DNA from: Octopus bimaculoides
Taxonomy: Eukaryota
DNA length: 48,330 nt
Assembly (NCBI RefSeq): GCF_001194135.2
Contig: NC_068989.1
Span: 51,288,092-51,336,421, forward strand
Direction: 5' to 3'
This document shows positions 36,866 through 48,330 of this stretch, one piece after another (the first letter of the stretch is position 1; each line of letters begins with the position of its first letter). A program made the translations under genes and the position numbers. The notes under the pieces are model-generated. The model worked only from the letters and a program-made list of their open reading frames with translations, did no database searches and was not told the DNA's origin.

Positions 36866-37180
36866 GGGCATGGGTTAGTGGTTGGGGTGTTGTACTCACG
36901 ATCGCGAGATCTTTGTTTCAAATCCCAGATCGGGTGGTGAGTTTTGTTCTTGACCGAAGCACTCCATTTCACGTTTCTCTGTGATCACTTTGATAAATGA
37001 CGCGTCGTACACCGTGCACCTGTTCAGACGACGTGGATTTGATGGAGAGAATCAGCTAGTGTGCAGGACGAACGTTTCATCACTATAAACAAATCATTTG
37101 TGCAGGTCGTTCCGCAACAAAAGCTGATCGTTAATAAGTCTACCTGGACGAGAGAGCGCATCATCTATTATATATGCATA
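36866..37180 (+). mobile_element. CORE-type tRNA-derived SINE
   Basis: A-box-like 'gggttagtggtt', B-box-like 'gtttcaaatccc', then CORE-like 'gttcttgaccgaagcactccatttcac'. Confidence 0.65.
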
Positions 37181-37187
37181 TATTCTT

Positions 37188-37402
37188 CATTCTTTTACTT
37201 GGTTGAATCATTCGACTGCGGTCATCCTAGAGCACCGCCTTTCGTCGAACAAATCGAACCCAGAACTTATTCTTTGTAAGCTTAGTACACATTCTATCGG
37301 TCTAGTTTCCCAAAGGATAGATTACGGGGATGCAAAAACACCAACATCAGTTGTCAAGAGATGGTGGTGAGAGAAATACAGACATACACATAAATACACA
37401 CA

Positions 37403-37443
<41 letters not shown>

Positions 37444-37463
37444 GGATAGATATACAGATATAG

Positions 37464-37530
<67 letters not shown>
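37188..37530 (-). mobile_element. SINE 3' half with internal (CA)n/(TA)n
   Basis: Reverse complement of the body seen at 47115-47290. Confidence 0.8.
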
Positions 37531-37532
<2 letters not shown>

Positions 37533-38559
37533 GTATATATGCATAAGTGCATGTTTCTTTCACTTTGTGTATACACATATACATTATAAATATTATTGCA
37601 ATACAATAGTATTATTTTCCAGCTAAATAAAATACCGTAAATCTACAATTATAAATTGGAAATAATTGCACAACAAGGCACCAACGTTCGCTGGAAATAG
37701 CAGCCCATAACTGTACGCCGCTATGTAACGCTTAAATGAATGTATACAGGCACAGATGTGTGCGAGCGGCGAATATATTCCTTACTTCTAGGAAGTATGT
37801 CGGACAAATGGATAACCTAGAATAGATAACCTAGTACTCGAGATTCGGAATTTCCAGAATACGTTTGTTATCGTAAAACTGGTTAATATTCTTCAGCAAG
37901 GTTGACTTAAGACGAAATCTAAAATATCCGCTACATCAGTGCCTGTATATTTGCCTGATACACCTAGCCATAACACATCTTTGGCTAGAGTTGTGCGTTT
38001 ATCGACTGCTATTTCAAGCAAGCATTCTTGCCTTGTTGTGCCACTATTTCCCGAATATATATATATATATANNNNNNNNNNNNNNNNNNNNNNNNNNNNN
38101 NNNNNNNNNNNNNNNNNNNNNNNNNNNNNNNNNNNNNNNNNNNNNNNNNNNNNNNNNNNNNNNNNNNNNNNNNNNNNNNNNNNNNNNNNNNNNNNNNNNN
38201 NNNNNNNNNNNNNNNNNNNNNNNNNNNNNNNNNNNNNNNNNNNATGTATGTATATAGTGGGTGTGATAGTTCGTTCATTGTGTGCATTTGTTGCAATTTG
38301 ATATTTTAGTGTTATACGTTATTGTTATTTGTAATATTTATCTTTCTTGCGTTTCTTCACTGACGTAAGATTTGCTGTTATTTTCAAACTCAGTACGTAT
38401 GAATTTGGTATGATGCGCTTGTTTAGTTTTTTTTTTTTTTTTGTAGTATCAGCTTAGAGCTGCGACCGTGCTGGTGCATCACCATTATGTAGTTATTCCT
38501 TTTACATACAATGGTTGTTTAATCTACTTGATAATTTCATTTGGTTTGCTTCTATGACT

Positions 38560-39350
38560 CCTTTCATGGTATGCTTTTTGAAACTTTGTTAAGCGATTTC
38601 TATAGAAGCTTGTGAATATAAATATATTGAAACATTATTTATGACCGAAAGATTTGTTGTGACTTTAAGAACCTGTTTGTTTTTATGCCAGTCGTAAAAT
38701 ATCTCTGATTCATATTCTTCAATGTGTGCTTCTTTTTGTGAGCGTGTTTTAACCGGGCCTTTTATGCGAGAATACCTGGAGTGCAAATCGTTGATTATTC
38801 ATGTCGTAGGTGATAGACTATGATTATATCCGTATATATACATATGCATACAAAGAATTTCATATAATTCATTGAAGGACATCTTTTGTTTGAATTGTAA
38901 GTTTTCTAGTTTGCATATGGGGATGTGTTTTATGTGTGGATATATCTGTCTGCATTTGTCTCGTTTGCTCGGTATCTCCTGTTTGTGTCTTCCATGCTTG
39001 GAATCCACAACATTGTTTGAAATGGAATACTTCTTGGCGTTTTCAACATGATACGGATTTATTGTTATTTTGGTTACGTTGTGCTTTGCGAGATTCTAGG
39101 ATATTGAATTCAGTAGAGTATAGAGAACAGATTCAAGAAAACCTTTTATATAGTGGTGCATCGAAATAGCATTTTAATCATGGCTTTATTGGAAAATTGT
39201 CAGTTGCTATTCGTCCTACAAAATCAGAATTTCCAGTTGTCGTATACTCATCTGTTGTCTGGTTAGAAATCGATTTCAGATGTTTGAAGATATAGTTTTG
39301 AAACACTTCTCCAGGGAAATTTCTCCTTTTAACAATAGATAACCTTAGAA
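38560..39350 (-). mobile_element. Old LINE remnant (CR1/L2-like 3' region)
   Basis: Strand-biased, degenerate ORF-like sequence ('SKHGRHKQ...', 'EIFYDWHK'). The family assignment is weak. Confidence 0.35.
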
Positions 39351-40469
39351 TGATAGGGATTAATCTTAAAATAAAATTAAAACACAGTTAACACATAGTA
39401 AGACATAGTATCGGTTCAGTAAACTGATAATATACTTACTAGTGAATTATGGTAACAAAACAAAATATCGTTGCCATGTTAGCAGTTAAATATAGGTACT
39501 AGTGGCCAGGAATCTGTTTAATATGGAAAATTGTTCTATTGAATTATCTTACAGCCCTAAGCTAGTGGGTACATAAAGGTGTGATAGACCTATGCAAAAT
39601 ATAGAAAAGCTTCGTGTTGCTTATTTTGTAATTACGCAGTTGCAGCTATATGTCCTACGATTGGAAAGGGAAGATGTAATATTTATCAATGAAGAAATTA
39701 AAATTAATATTAGGTGGTTTATTAGGGGATTGGATCGTATAATTGTTTATTATTATTATTACTAATATTGTTATTAGTCCTTAGTAGTAGTAATGCCAAA
39801 ATTATTATTATTACTATTATTGTCACTAATAGCAGTAATGCCAAAATACCGCCTGCATTTTAAGTAAAGGACCTGTACCTTCATGCAACTACCGATCAGC
39901 ATCCATATTCTCTGGAAAAAGATGAGTTGTGAACATTATCCTCCTGAATATATTCTTCTGGCTACATTTTCTCTATTTACACCTTTATTTTTCGAATTTA
40001 TTCCTTATGGACTGTGAATGTTTTTCCTTACAAACTGTAAATTTTCCTTGCGTAAAATATTCATACCTTGTCCTTGATGACGAAATTCCCAGTGCGTGGA
40101 CATGCTAACCTCCACCTTGGGCTATCTCAGAAAGCACTGCATGACTTCGAATTCATCTCACCCTAATTAAATTATAATAAATGAGTTAAGATACACGTTC
40201 TCCCTTGGTTTTTGATTTTTCCTCTCTAATATAGTACATACCTGCTATACCGAAATCCTAATACGAATCCCTTGATCCAGCATTAGGTGTTATCTTGGAA
40301 CCTAACGGTCGACCAATTATAGTACTTACTCAGCTTACCTATTAGTTTAGATCACAAGTGAACTAAACCCTCATATATTACACACACACACACAAACGCA
40401 CACACACACACACATATATATATATATAAATGCATGTATGTTTGTATATAAAAATTCGCCACTCCTCTA

Positions 40470-40795
40470 TCCATTATTTCCATCTTACTCCCGGTGTACC
40501 CTCTAGGGTCGTACCAAATGAATATTTACAGCAAGAGGTAAGCCCTCACGGCGACATGTCCAACAAACAGTTTGCAAGGCAACTTACTTTTAGCAAGAAC
40601 TAATTATGAGCGATGGCTTTCCTGGAGAACCTCTTTTCGCCTGAACACTTATCGATTTTGCAATATGCCAGAGATGCTCTTGGAGTTGGCGCTGCCGGCG
40701 TCTCACAGATTCGACACTCATCAAATCGTTCTCTGCAACAACTACTTCCATCCACGACATACACCATTGTAACTTCCGCTTCACACTCTAACTCA
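40470..40795 (-). mobile_element. Decayed RTE-type LINE C-terminal fragment
   Basis: Frameshifted remnants resembling 'LLYGCESW..ERFDG..ISW..KLFVGHVAVR' (RTE 'R.R.L.FAGH' region). Confidence 0.5.
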
Positions 40796-41934
40796 GTGTA
40801 AGTATATGTGTGAGTATAATTGTATATGTACATGCATGTATATATATATATATATNNNNNNNNNNNNNNNNNNNNNNNNNNNNNNNNNNNNNNNNNNNNN
40901 NNNNNNNNNNNNNNNNNNNNNNNNNNNNNNNNNNNNNNNNNNNNNNNNNNNNNNNNNNNNNNNNNNNNNNNNNNNNNNNNNNNNNNNNNNNNNNNNNNNN
41001 NNNNNNNNNNNNNNNNNNNNNNNNNNNNNNNNNNNNNNNNNNNATATATTATTTACACACATGCTTACACGCACAAATACACACACACACAAATATATTT
41101 TGCCTGTTCATTCAACGTGATTGGTTCTTCTTTAGAGTTCTTTAGAGTTTGCCATATTTCCTGTAAACCACATTTGCTCTTATTTCCACTTACTCTCTGT
41201 CCCGCACTTATAATTAGGCCTCACTTACATCAAGTTCTCCACAAGCAACAATTCTTATTACGTTCATATGTGCAGTGTAGTCGCAAGAATACACGTAGAT
41301 TTGGTGTATTCTGGAATCTTCTCACCGTTGCCTCCTTAAAATAGTCTCTGTCTACACGAAAGTAAACTTTTCAAATATTAATTATCTATCTTGAAATACA
41401 AATGCATTCCTAGCTGAAAGCTAGCATTGCATTGAACATTTATATACTGTCCACGTAGTTTCGACCAACATTTTATTGAAAGAATTATTTTGCGGCCACT
41501 TTATTCTGTTTGATATATACGTTGACTAACTTTGGAAAATTGTCATCGCTAGTTTTTTCTTCTTTAGAGTGAAAAATTATATTACTTCCTATTCATGATT
41601 GTTTTTCCAGAAACTTAGCTTGATGTATTTTTATACTCTCTAATAACAAGTAACGATGATATGATTGCAGGGCTGATGCAAACAATTCTTTCAACACCAC
41701 CTACGAAATTAGTTCGATATAGCAGCGTCTGTTATCTTCAGGAAAACCGCTATTTATATAGTATGTGACGGTTATTAAGAGTAGAAGCACTTGTTTACTT
41801 TATAATCCACAGAGCTAATTTAATATAGTGTTGGTAAGTTTAACCTTATCAATAACAGTAATTTTGTATTTCACTGATATAGCTTACTTATATCTAGAAG
41901 AAGATATACAATAGTTGATAATATTCTTTCTTTA

Positions 41935-42052
41935 GTACAAAAGTGTAAAATTTTGAGGGAGGACGCCAGTTGATTAGATCCATCCTAGTATGGAACTAGT
42001 ACTAAATTTATCGACCCCGAAAGAATGAAAGGCAAAGTTGACCTCCGAGGAA
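41935..42052 (-). mobile_element. tRNA-derived SINE 3' fragment
   Basis: 'aatttatcgaccccgaaagaatgaaaggcaaagttgacctc'. Confidence 0.85.
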
Positions 42053-42464
42053 CAGCAGTTGATAATATTAACTGACATAGGTTGTCATTTTTTATCTCGG
42101 ATTAGAATTAAGTAAAATTACGTTCAAAAATATTCACAGCGGCACAATCTGTCGTCTCTTGGGAATTGCATCGTCTAAATATTTTGTTCGTTTCCGATTA
42201 TCTACTGTTATACAGAGCATGCGCTTGTGATTTTACGATTATTTTTTCAATGAAACAAATCTTTTTCATTCTGGTTGCAAATAAGCAACACCGTCTTGCA
42301 TACACACACATGGAAGGAAGGCACATTCATCACTTACTCAAACACTTCTGGAGCTATATGATCGTATGTGCGAAGATTTTGTACTCACAACTTGAAGTAT
42401 CGACAAATCAATTCTACGATGTCAAGCATCTTCTGAATAAAGAATCCACGGTATGACTATCATT

Positions 42465-42543
<79 letters not shown>
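42465..42543. repeat. (CA)n microsatellite
   Basis: Direct reading. Confidence 0.95.
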
Positions 42544-42544
<1 letters not shown>

Positions 42545-42996
42545 TATTCAGGCATTGCGATATTTATAACGCGGCGCAGAACCCAGTATACGTATGCATC
42601 TGAACGAAGCGTTATTTTAATACAGAATGGGAATAAGAAAGAAAATCTCATTACAAAGGAATAACTGATTATCGTATGAGCTTAGTTAACTTACAGCTGC
42701 TTTCGCTATGAAATGCGCTGGACTCATAGTTGAGAGCCTGATTAATACTTTATTTGATTCATCAGAACCTCTAACAAGGCTGAAATCCGCTTAAAGAAAT
42801 TTCGTTACACGAAATGACCTCAGTAATTATTTATTTTCATGGTTTCATTTCCTCCTGTTCATCTCTAGCTCTGTTCAAACAGTTTGAGAGTCACTTTATT
42901 TCTTTGGAAAGTTATGCTAAGTAGGCTCATTGTTCTCAGACGATAACAAAGCAACAGCCGTGTGCTGCAAAGTTTTTAAAGTAAGACATTAAATAT

Positions 42997-43281
42997 CGTT
43001 TCAAAACTTTGGCAACATGCCAGCAACTTCTGCAGAAGGGGTAAGTAGATAACATTGACCCCAGTGCCTGACTACTATTAATTCTATCGATCTCGAGAGG
43101 ATGAAATGCAAATTCGATCCATGTCGAACGTGAACTTAGAGAGTAAAGAGGGACGAATACTGCTAAAACATGCCAGTAAATTTGAGTGGGGAATGTATTT
43201 GATTACATCGATCCCAGTGTTCAACTGGTACTTATTTTATCAAACCTGAGAAGATAAAAGTCAAACTTGACCTAATTCGAA
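42997..43281 (-). mobile_element. Dimeric SINE remnant with 15-bp TSD
   Basis: Two degenerate monomers bracketed by TAAGACATTAAATAT at 42982-42996 and 43282-43296. Confidence 0.75.
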
Positions 43282-43964
43282 TAAGACATTAAATATTAAA
43301 AACAGGATAAGGTAACCAATATGGAAGTAGAAGTGCAAATATTAAATATAATTTACACCAATTAAGCAACAGAAAGTAGTTTTTATAAAATTATTTACTG
43401 CTCTTCTGGATAAGGAAATAAGTTTCATCCATTCATTGTATCACTCTTCGTGTTAACTATCTTTCACACATTTAGATACTACTAAAACTATGTTTTCCTT
43501 GATACAATTGATGTTTCAACATATGAAGTAATATTCGATGTTGTTAAATATAAACAAAGAATTTATACAATCAAATGCAGTTAAATAACTTCGTACAATA
43601 TTAAAATATTAACTCGATATTAAAAAAAAAATGTCATTTGTAAAAATTTATTAAATTTTCTCCCCGCGAATACAACATCGCTAGTACAGTGAATATATTT
43701 AATGAATATATTTAAATATATCCCATATATTTTTCATTGATATTTTGAAGATATTTCCACTAAGATTTTGTACGGAGCAAATATAAATATTATTCGTGCA
43801 AGAATGTATAATTTATTTTAAAGAATTAATTATGTATACACAAAAATAATTACATAAAAAATAAAATAAGGAAGAGGAAAAAATATGAGCATTATAAAGG
43901 TTTGTGTCGTTGAGACTTTATCAAAATCTGACAAGTTAATGATTTCTCATGTAAACTGGCACTC

Positions 43965-44590
43965 TGTTACGACGACGTGTGTTCTAATTGATCCGCTGAC
44001 GAAACAGTTTGCTCGTGAAATTAACGTGCATATGGCTGAGTACTCCACGTACACACATGCCCTTAATGTACTTCTCAAGGAAAACCAGCGTGACCGAGAA
44101 TATGACTAAGGTGGATCTTTGAATTTCAGTTAAAACTCATTTTTTCCAGGAGTGGACTGGAGTGAAATAAAGTGTTTCGCTAAATAACACAAGACGCTGT
44201 TGATAATCGAAACTCATGGTCATATGACCGTGAACCGAATAACCTAGCCAAAAGTTACGCACCTTCACAGATACTGCACACCGTCGGTCACGACGACGCT
44301 TATTTCAATTGATCCGATCAACGGGACAGCCCACTCGTGAAATTAACGTGGCAGCGGCAAAATATTCCGCAGGTATGTATACATTTAATGTAGTTCTCAT
44401 GGAGATTCAGCGTGACACAAAATACATGAAGGCCGGTAGCCCCTTTGAAATGCAGAAGCTAAAATATTTTTCAGGCTGAATGGATAGGAGAAAGTTGATA
44501 TGAAGTTTGTAGCTCAAGAACACAATGTGTAGCTAGGTATCGAACTCACGACCCTTGTCAGTCAAATACATTAGCCAGATGTCACGCGCC
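43965..44590 (-). mobile_element. Two tandem CORE-type SINE copies (about 43965-44270 and 44280-44590)
   Basis: Repeated 'gacgacg...aattgatccg...ctcgtgaaattaacgtg...cagcgtgac' blocks, each ending in a reverse-complemented B-box ('atcgaaactc', 'atcgaactc'). Confidence 0.75.
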
Positions 44591-44714
44591 TTTCCGGGAT
44601 TCTCGCATATTACTTGGGTTTTAGCGGATATGATATGGAAGCGAAAATTTTATGCTCTTCTGGTAGCCCGTTTTAACACAAAATAGCACATAGAAGCAGA
44701 CAACATTGTATTGG

Positions 44715-44915
44715 TTTCGATTTTTTGACACAAGGCTAGCAATTTCGGGGGGACTGTAAATCGATTACATCGATTCCAGTAATCAATCAGCACTTATTTT
44801 ATCAATACGGAAAAGATGACCCATAAAGTCAACACTGGTGACATTTTAACTAAGAAAGTATGAATTACCGCTAAGCATTTTGCTCCGCGTGCTAACCATT
44901 CTCCCAGCTCCCTTC
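44715..44915 (-). mobile_element. Degenerate tRNA-derived SINE
   Basis: 'tcgattacatcgattccagt...ccgctaagcattttgctccgcgtgctaaccattctcccagctc'. Confidence 0.8.
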
Positions 44916-46313
44916 GTTAACAAGTAACAAAATATTGAGAAGCATGTGAAACTCTAGCATATTATGTAACTGGCTCCCTTCTAAGTGTGTATCATAGTAT
45001 ATCTAAAATGAAATGTTGTCTAACCCTTGATACCAAATAAAATTGAGGTTGCAGGAAACAGTCGTTAAGATAGCAGCTCTCTTCTAAATATTGCATACAG
45101 TGTATACAGTCTAGTTTTGTAGAATTTATGCAATATACTCTCATGAGGTCAATATAACTCAGTGAGCGGAAATTTGGTAAAACTTGAGATTTACAGTTAC
45201 TCATACGCTCTAGGAAACTAATCATCTAATACAATTTCTAATGATACAAACTAATTTTCATTAATTATATTCCCCACCGCACACATATACAGAGAGTAGT
45301 GTGACTTTTTACGCTTAATTATGATAATAAAAAGAGAAAAATATACGTTAAGCAGAAGAGTTACTATATACTTTTCTAGAGTACAAATTCATCGTGCTTC
45401 AAGAAGTATATTATTAGCAGTATCGGCTAGGAAACCCGTTTGTCGCACTGTTGGACGATGGCTTAGCTAGCCGAAACTTCGAAGTCTCTGTTATTAATAT
45501 TCTTGTTTAAGAATTATATATGTGTGTGTGTGTGTGTTTGTGTGTGCTTGTATGTCTGTGTAGACATACATGGACAAACGCAAACAGCTAATGGGAACAT
45601 AATCTACTTTTCCTGCCAAAATTTTGAACTTGCAATCTTAATATTTGTTACATTATGAAATCCCTCATACTTTTCGTTGGAAGTATACTCGACTGAACAG
45701 ATAATACTTGTTATCATTAAACCTTCATAATTTTGATGTTAGGAAATGTCACACCTCCTCGCGTTTGATATCACAAAAACACTGCTTTTAAATACGATAC
45801 ACCTACTTAAATTAGGAAAATAATTATTAATAACATTACAATAAATACATAGTAGCAATGAGATTTTTCTTTATATATAGTTTCAGTAAAGAGATATTGA
45901 AAATATCAGCAAAGGCCTTCGTGATATTTAATAAGAATAAGTAATGATTTTATACCCTTTAATGCGATAAGTTTTGTTATTGACAAAATGCAAGAGGAGT
46001 TAACTTGTCTATTCTAATATAAATTGTAATTGAAACTAATTGACAAAAATCACATTTGTGATTCGATTTGTAATTTATACTGTTAGATCAATCCGAAAAT
46101 TTTCCCCAAATTAACCTTTTTAAACATTTGTAACGATAAATATATATGGATACCCAAATACCTTATGATATATGGCACCATTAACACACGGTAACCAAGG
46201 GCATTTATAAAGTATTAGAATTTCGAAATACAGAAAATAGTTCATTCAGAGATTTACGAAATGCAAAGTAGCATATACAAGTTCTTAAATAGTTATCATA
46301 CAAAATTTAAAAT

Positions 46314-46676
46314 AACAAGAGCATTCAGAGAATGCAAACCTGCAGGAAGGCAACACCAACGTCCTCTCAACAATTAGCTAGAGATGAATTTTTAAAATGA
46401 GAAAATCTGAAATAAACTCGACTGTTCTTATAAACGGGAATACTAAAAATTAACCCGACCGCTCTCAAAAATAAGTTAAAAAACAGGAAAAATAATCCAG
46501 AATCCTTATCCAGCGTCCGGTCGATCTCAAAATCTAATCACCTCGTGCCGGTCATAAGGCCAAACATTCCTGAAAGTTTCATCCGAATCTATTGAGTGGG
46601 TCTTGAGATATGTTTTTCAAAGACAAACAAACATGATTGAAAACAATACCTCCGCCTTCGCTAAGGCGGAGGTAAT
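46314..46676 (-). mobile_element. Helentron-like (Helitron superfamily) non-autonomous element
   Basis: 12-bp hairpin TACCTCCGCCTT-cgct-AAGGCGGAGGTA (46647-46674) at one end; short hairpin GCATTC-aga-GAATGC (46321-46335) next to AACAAGA at the other. This resembles HINE/DINE-type elements as I recall them. Confidence 0.65.
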
Positions 46677-46934
46677 ATTAGTTGGACTGTTTAAGGATAC
46701 CACAACAAATGTTTGCATAAAATAGCAGCTCAATATCTAATGCACATACCATTGACGGGTGGTACAGAGAATACATCATTGATGCTAATATATAATTAAT
46801 CGTATTATCTTATTTGAGAAAAAAAAATCCAAACATCTATGAATTGGGGTTACTCAGAGGTTTTTAACAAAGAGAGTTTCGTATAAAACATGAGCAATTG
46901 TGTTTCCACATTTTATAATGGATCGATATGAATA

Positions 46935-47048
46935 TAAAGCCTTGTGATTGGATTTGGTAGACGGAAACTGAAAGAAGTCCGTCGTATATATATATATATA
47001 TATATGTGTGTGTATGTGTGTGTATATATATATATATATATATACTGG

Positions 47049-47080
<32 letters not shown>

Positions 47081-47290
47081 GGTGTGGGTGATTGTGTGTG
47101 TGTGTATATGTTTGTGTGTTTGTATTTGTCCCCCGCGATGTCTTGACAATTGATGCTGGTATGTTTACGCCCCTGTAACATAGCGGCTCAGCAAAAGAGA
47201 CCGATAGAATAAGTACTAGGTTTACAAAGTAGACGCCCTGGGTTCCATAAAGGCCGTAGTCAAATAACGGAAACAAAATAAAAGAATAAA
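46935..47290 (+). mobile_element. CORE-type SINE with internal (TA)n(TG)n
   Basis: 'aaagccttgtgattggatttggtagacggaaactgaaagaagtccgtcg', microsatellite, then 'gcaaaagagaccgatagaataagtactagg'. Confidence 0.85.
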
Positions 47291-48084
47291 ATAATAAAAT
47301 ATAGTTTAAACCCACTTCAAAACTATGAACTATAGTTAAGGTTGAAAAGGATCAATCTCGGAAGCTGATATTTTCAAGATTCTTCTAGCGACGTAAAGCA
47401 TTCTCTTTCATCTACATTGAGGCAAATTAGAACACGATGCCGTTAAGTTGAAAATGAGTAATGATGTGTATAATTAATGATGACGAAAGTGAGTATAAAT
47501 TTGCAGCATTAAATAATTAAAATTTCTTTATTCCAAAATCAAAAGTGTCAGATTGTACAGATCGTGTTGCTTTCGTATATCTACTGATCGATCAGAGATA
47601 AAGGGTCAATACATATTGAACATTCTATGTACTATTTATCACACGGGAAGGTATTGAAACAATACAAACTCATTCGAATCTGAACTCAAATATCAGAGAC
47701 ATATGCAGATATTTTAAGCATCAGTGCTATTTCCTATTCCAACGCGTTTTAGCTGAGATATTAGGAAAAATAATTTAATGCCACTGAAAATAAAGTCTGC
47801 TGCACGCAATCTCATCTGTCATATTCTAAAAATCAGTAAAACAGTTTCTTTTTATGAAGCAGTCGACGCAAATTAATTTCAATAACGAACCCTCGCAATA
47901 TTTTGACAGGCCGTCTGATTTAATTATTTTAATGTTTCTTTCAACAGTAATTTCTACTCTTCCTATCATGCATAGGGATATACAAAAATCTATAAATGCA
48001 ATATTTTTTAGTTAAAACAAAATACACGGTGAAGTAAATGGAATCATGAAACTACATTATATACAATGTAATTCACGCGCACAT

Positions 48085-48216
48085 GCATATATATGTGTGT
48101 CTATATACCTAGACATATATATATATATATATATATACATATATATATGTGAGAGTGTGTGTGTGTGTGTGTGTGTGTGCGTGTGTGTGTGTGTGCGTGT
48201 GTGTGTGTGTGTGTGT
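48085..48216. repeat. (TA)n/(TG)n microsatellite
   Basis: Direct reading. Confidence 0.95.
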
Positions 48217-48330
48217 AAAGAAATGGGGAAGGTCTAAGACCTCTTCAAGATATTTTGAAATTGTGCATATAAACATTAAAATATTAAAATGATTATATCA
48301 TTATATACGCGAGAAATGTATGTATGTATA

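Noticed and set aside
40613-40801. Protein-like plus-strand ORF 'MAFLENLFSPEHL...' with a GTAAGT donor
   Set aside because: Better explained as the antisense of a decayed RTE fragment; not formally excluded without RNA-seq.

Overview
AT-rich, microsatellite-dense animal DNA with six N-gaps, each abutting a simple repeat. The SINE and LINE families look like those of octopus (cephalopod); this is inference from remembered repeat sequences, not a search. I found no protein-coding gene I can support: the ORF track is mostly microsatellite translations or pieces of dead transposons. Recognisable elements are a decayed Penelope-like element (RT plus GIY-YIG), five R4/Dong-type fragments with restriction-like endonuclease, RTE and CR1 LINE remnants, two mariner fossils, two probable solo LTRs, one or two Helentron-like non-autonomous elements, and many tRNA-derived SINEs. 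The best candidate for an undescribed system is a three-copy composite element at 9.64-13.29 kb. It has a tRNA-like (B-box) head, an internal (AAT)n tract, and a Penelope-like tail carrying a minimal type I hammerhead ribozyme. It occurs as head-to-head palindromes with collapsed centres, and one copy has an R4/Dong retrotransposon nested in its (AAT)n tract. Coordinates of decayed repeats are approximate and all alignments were made by eye.
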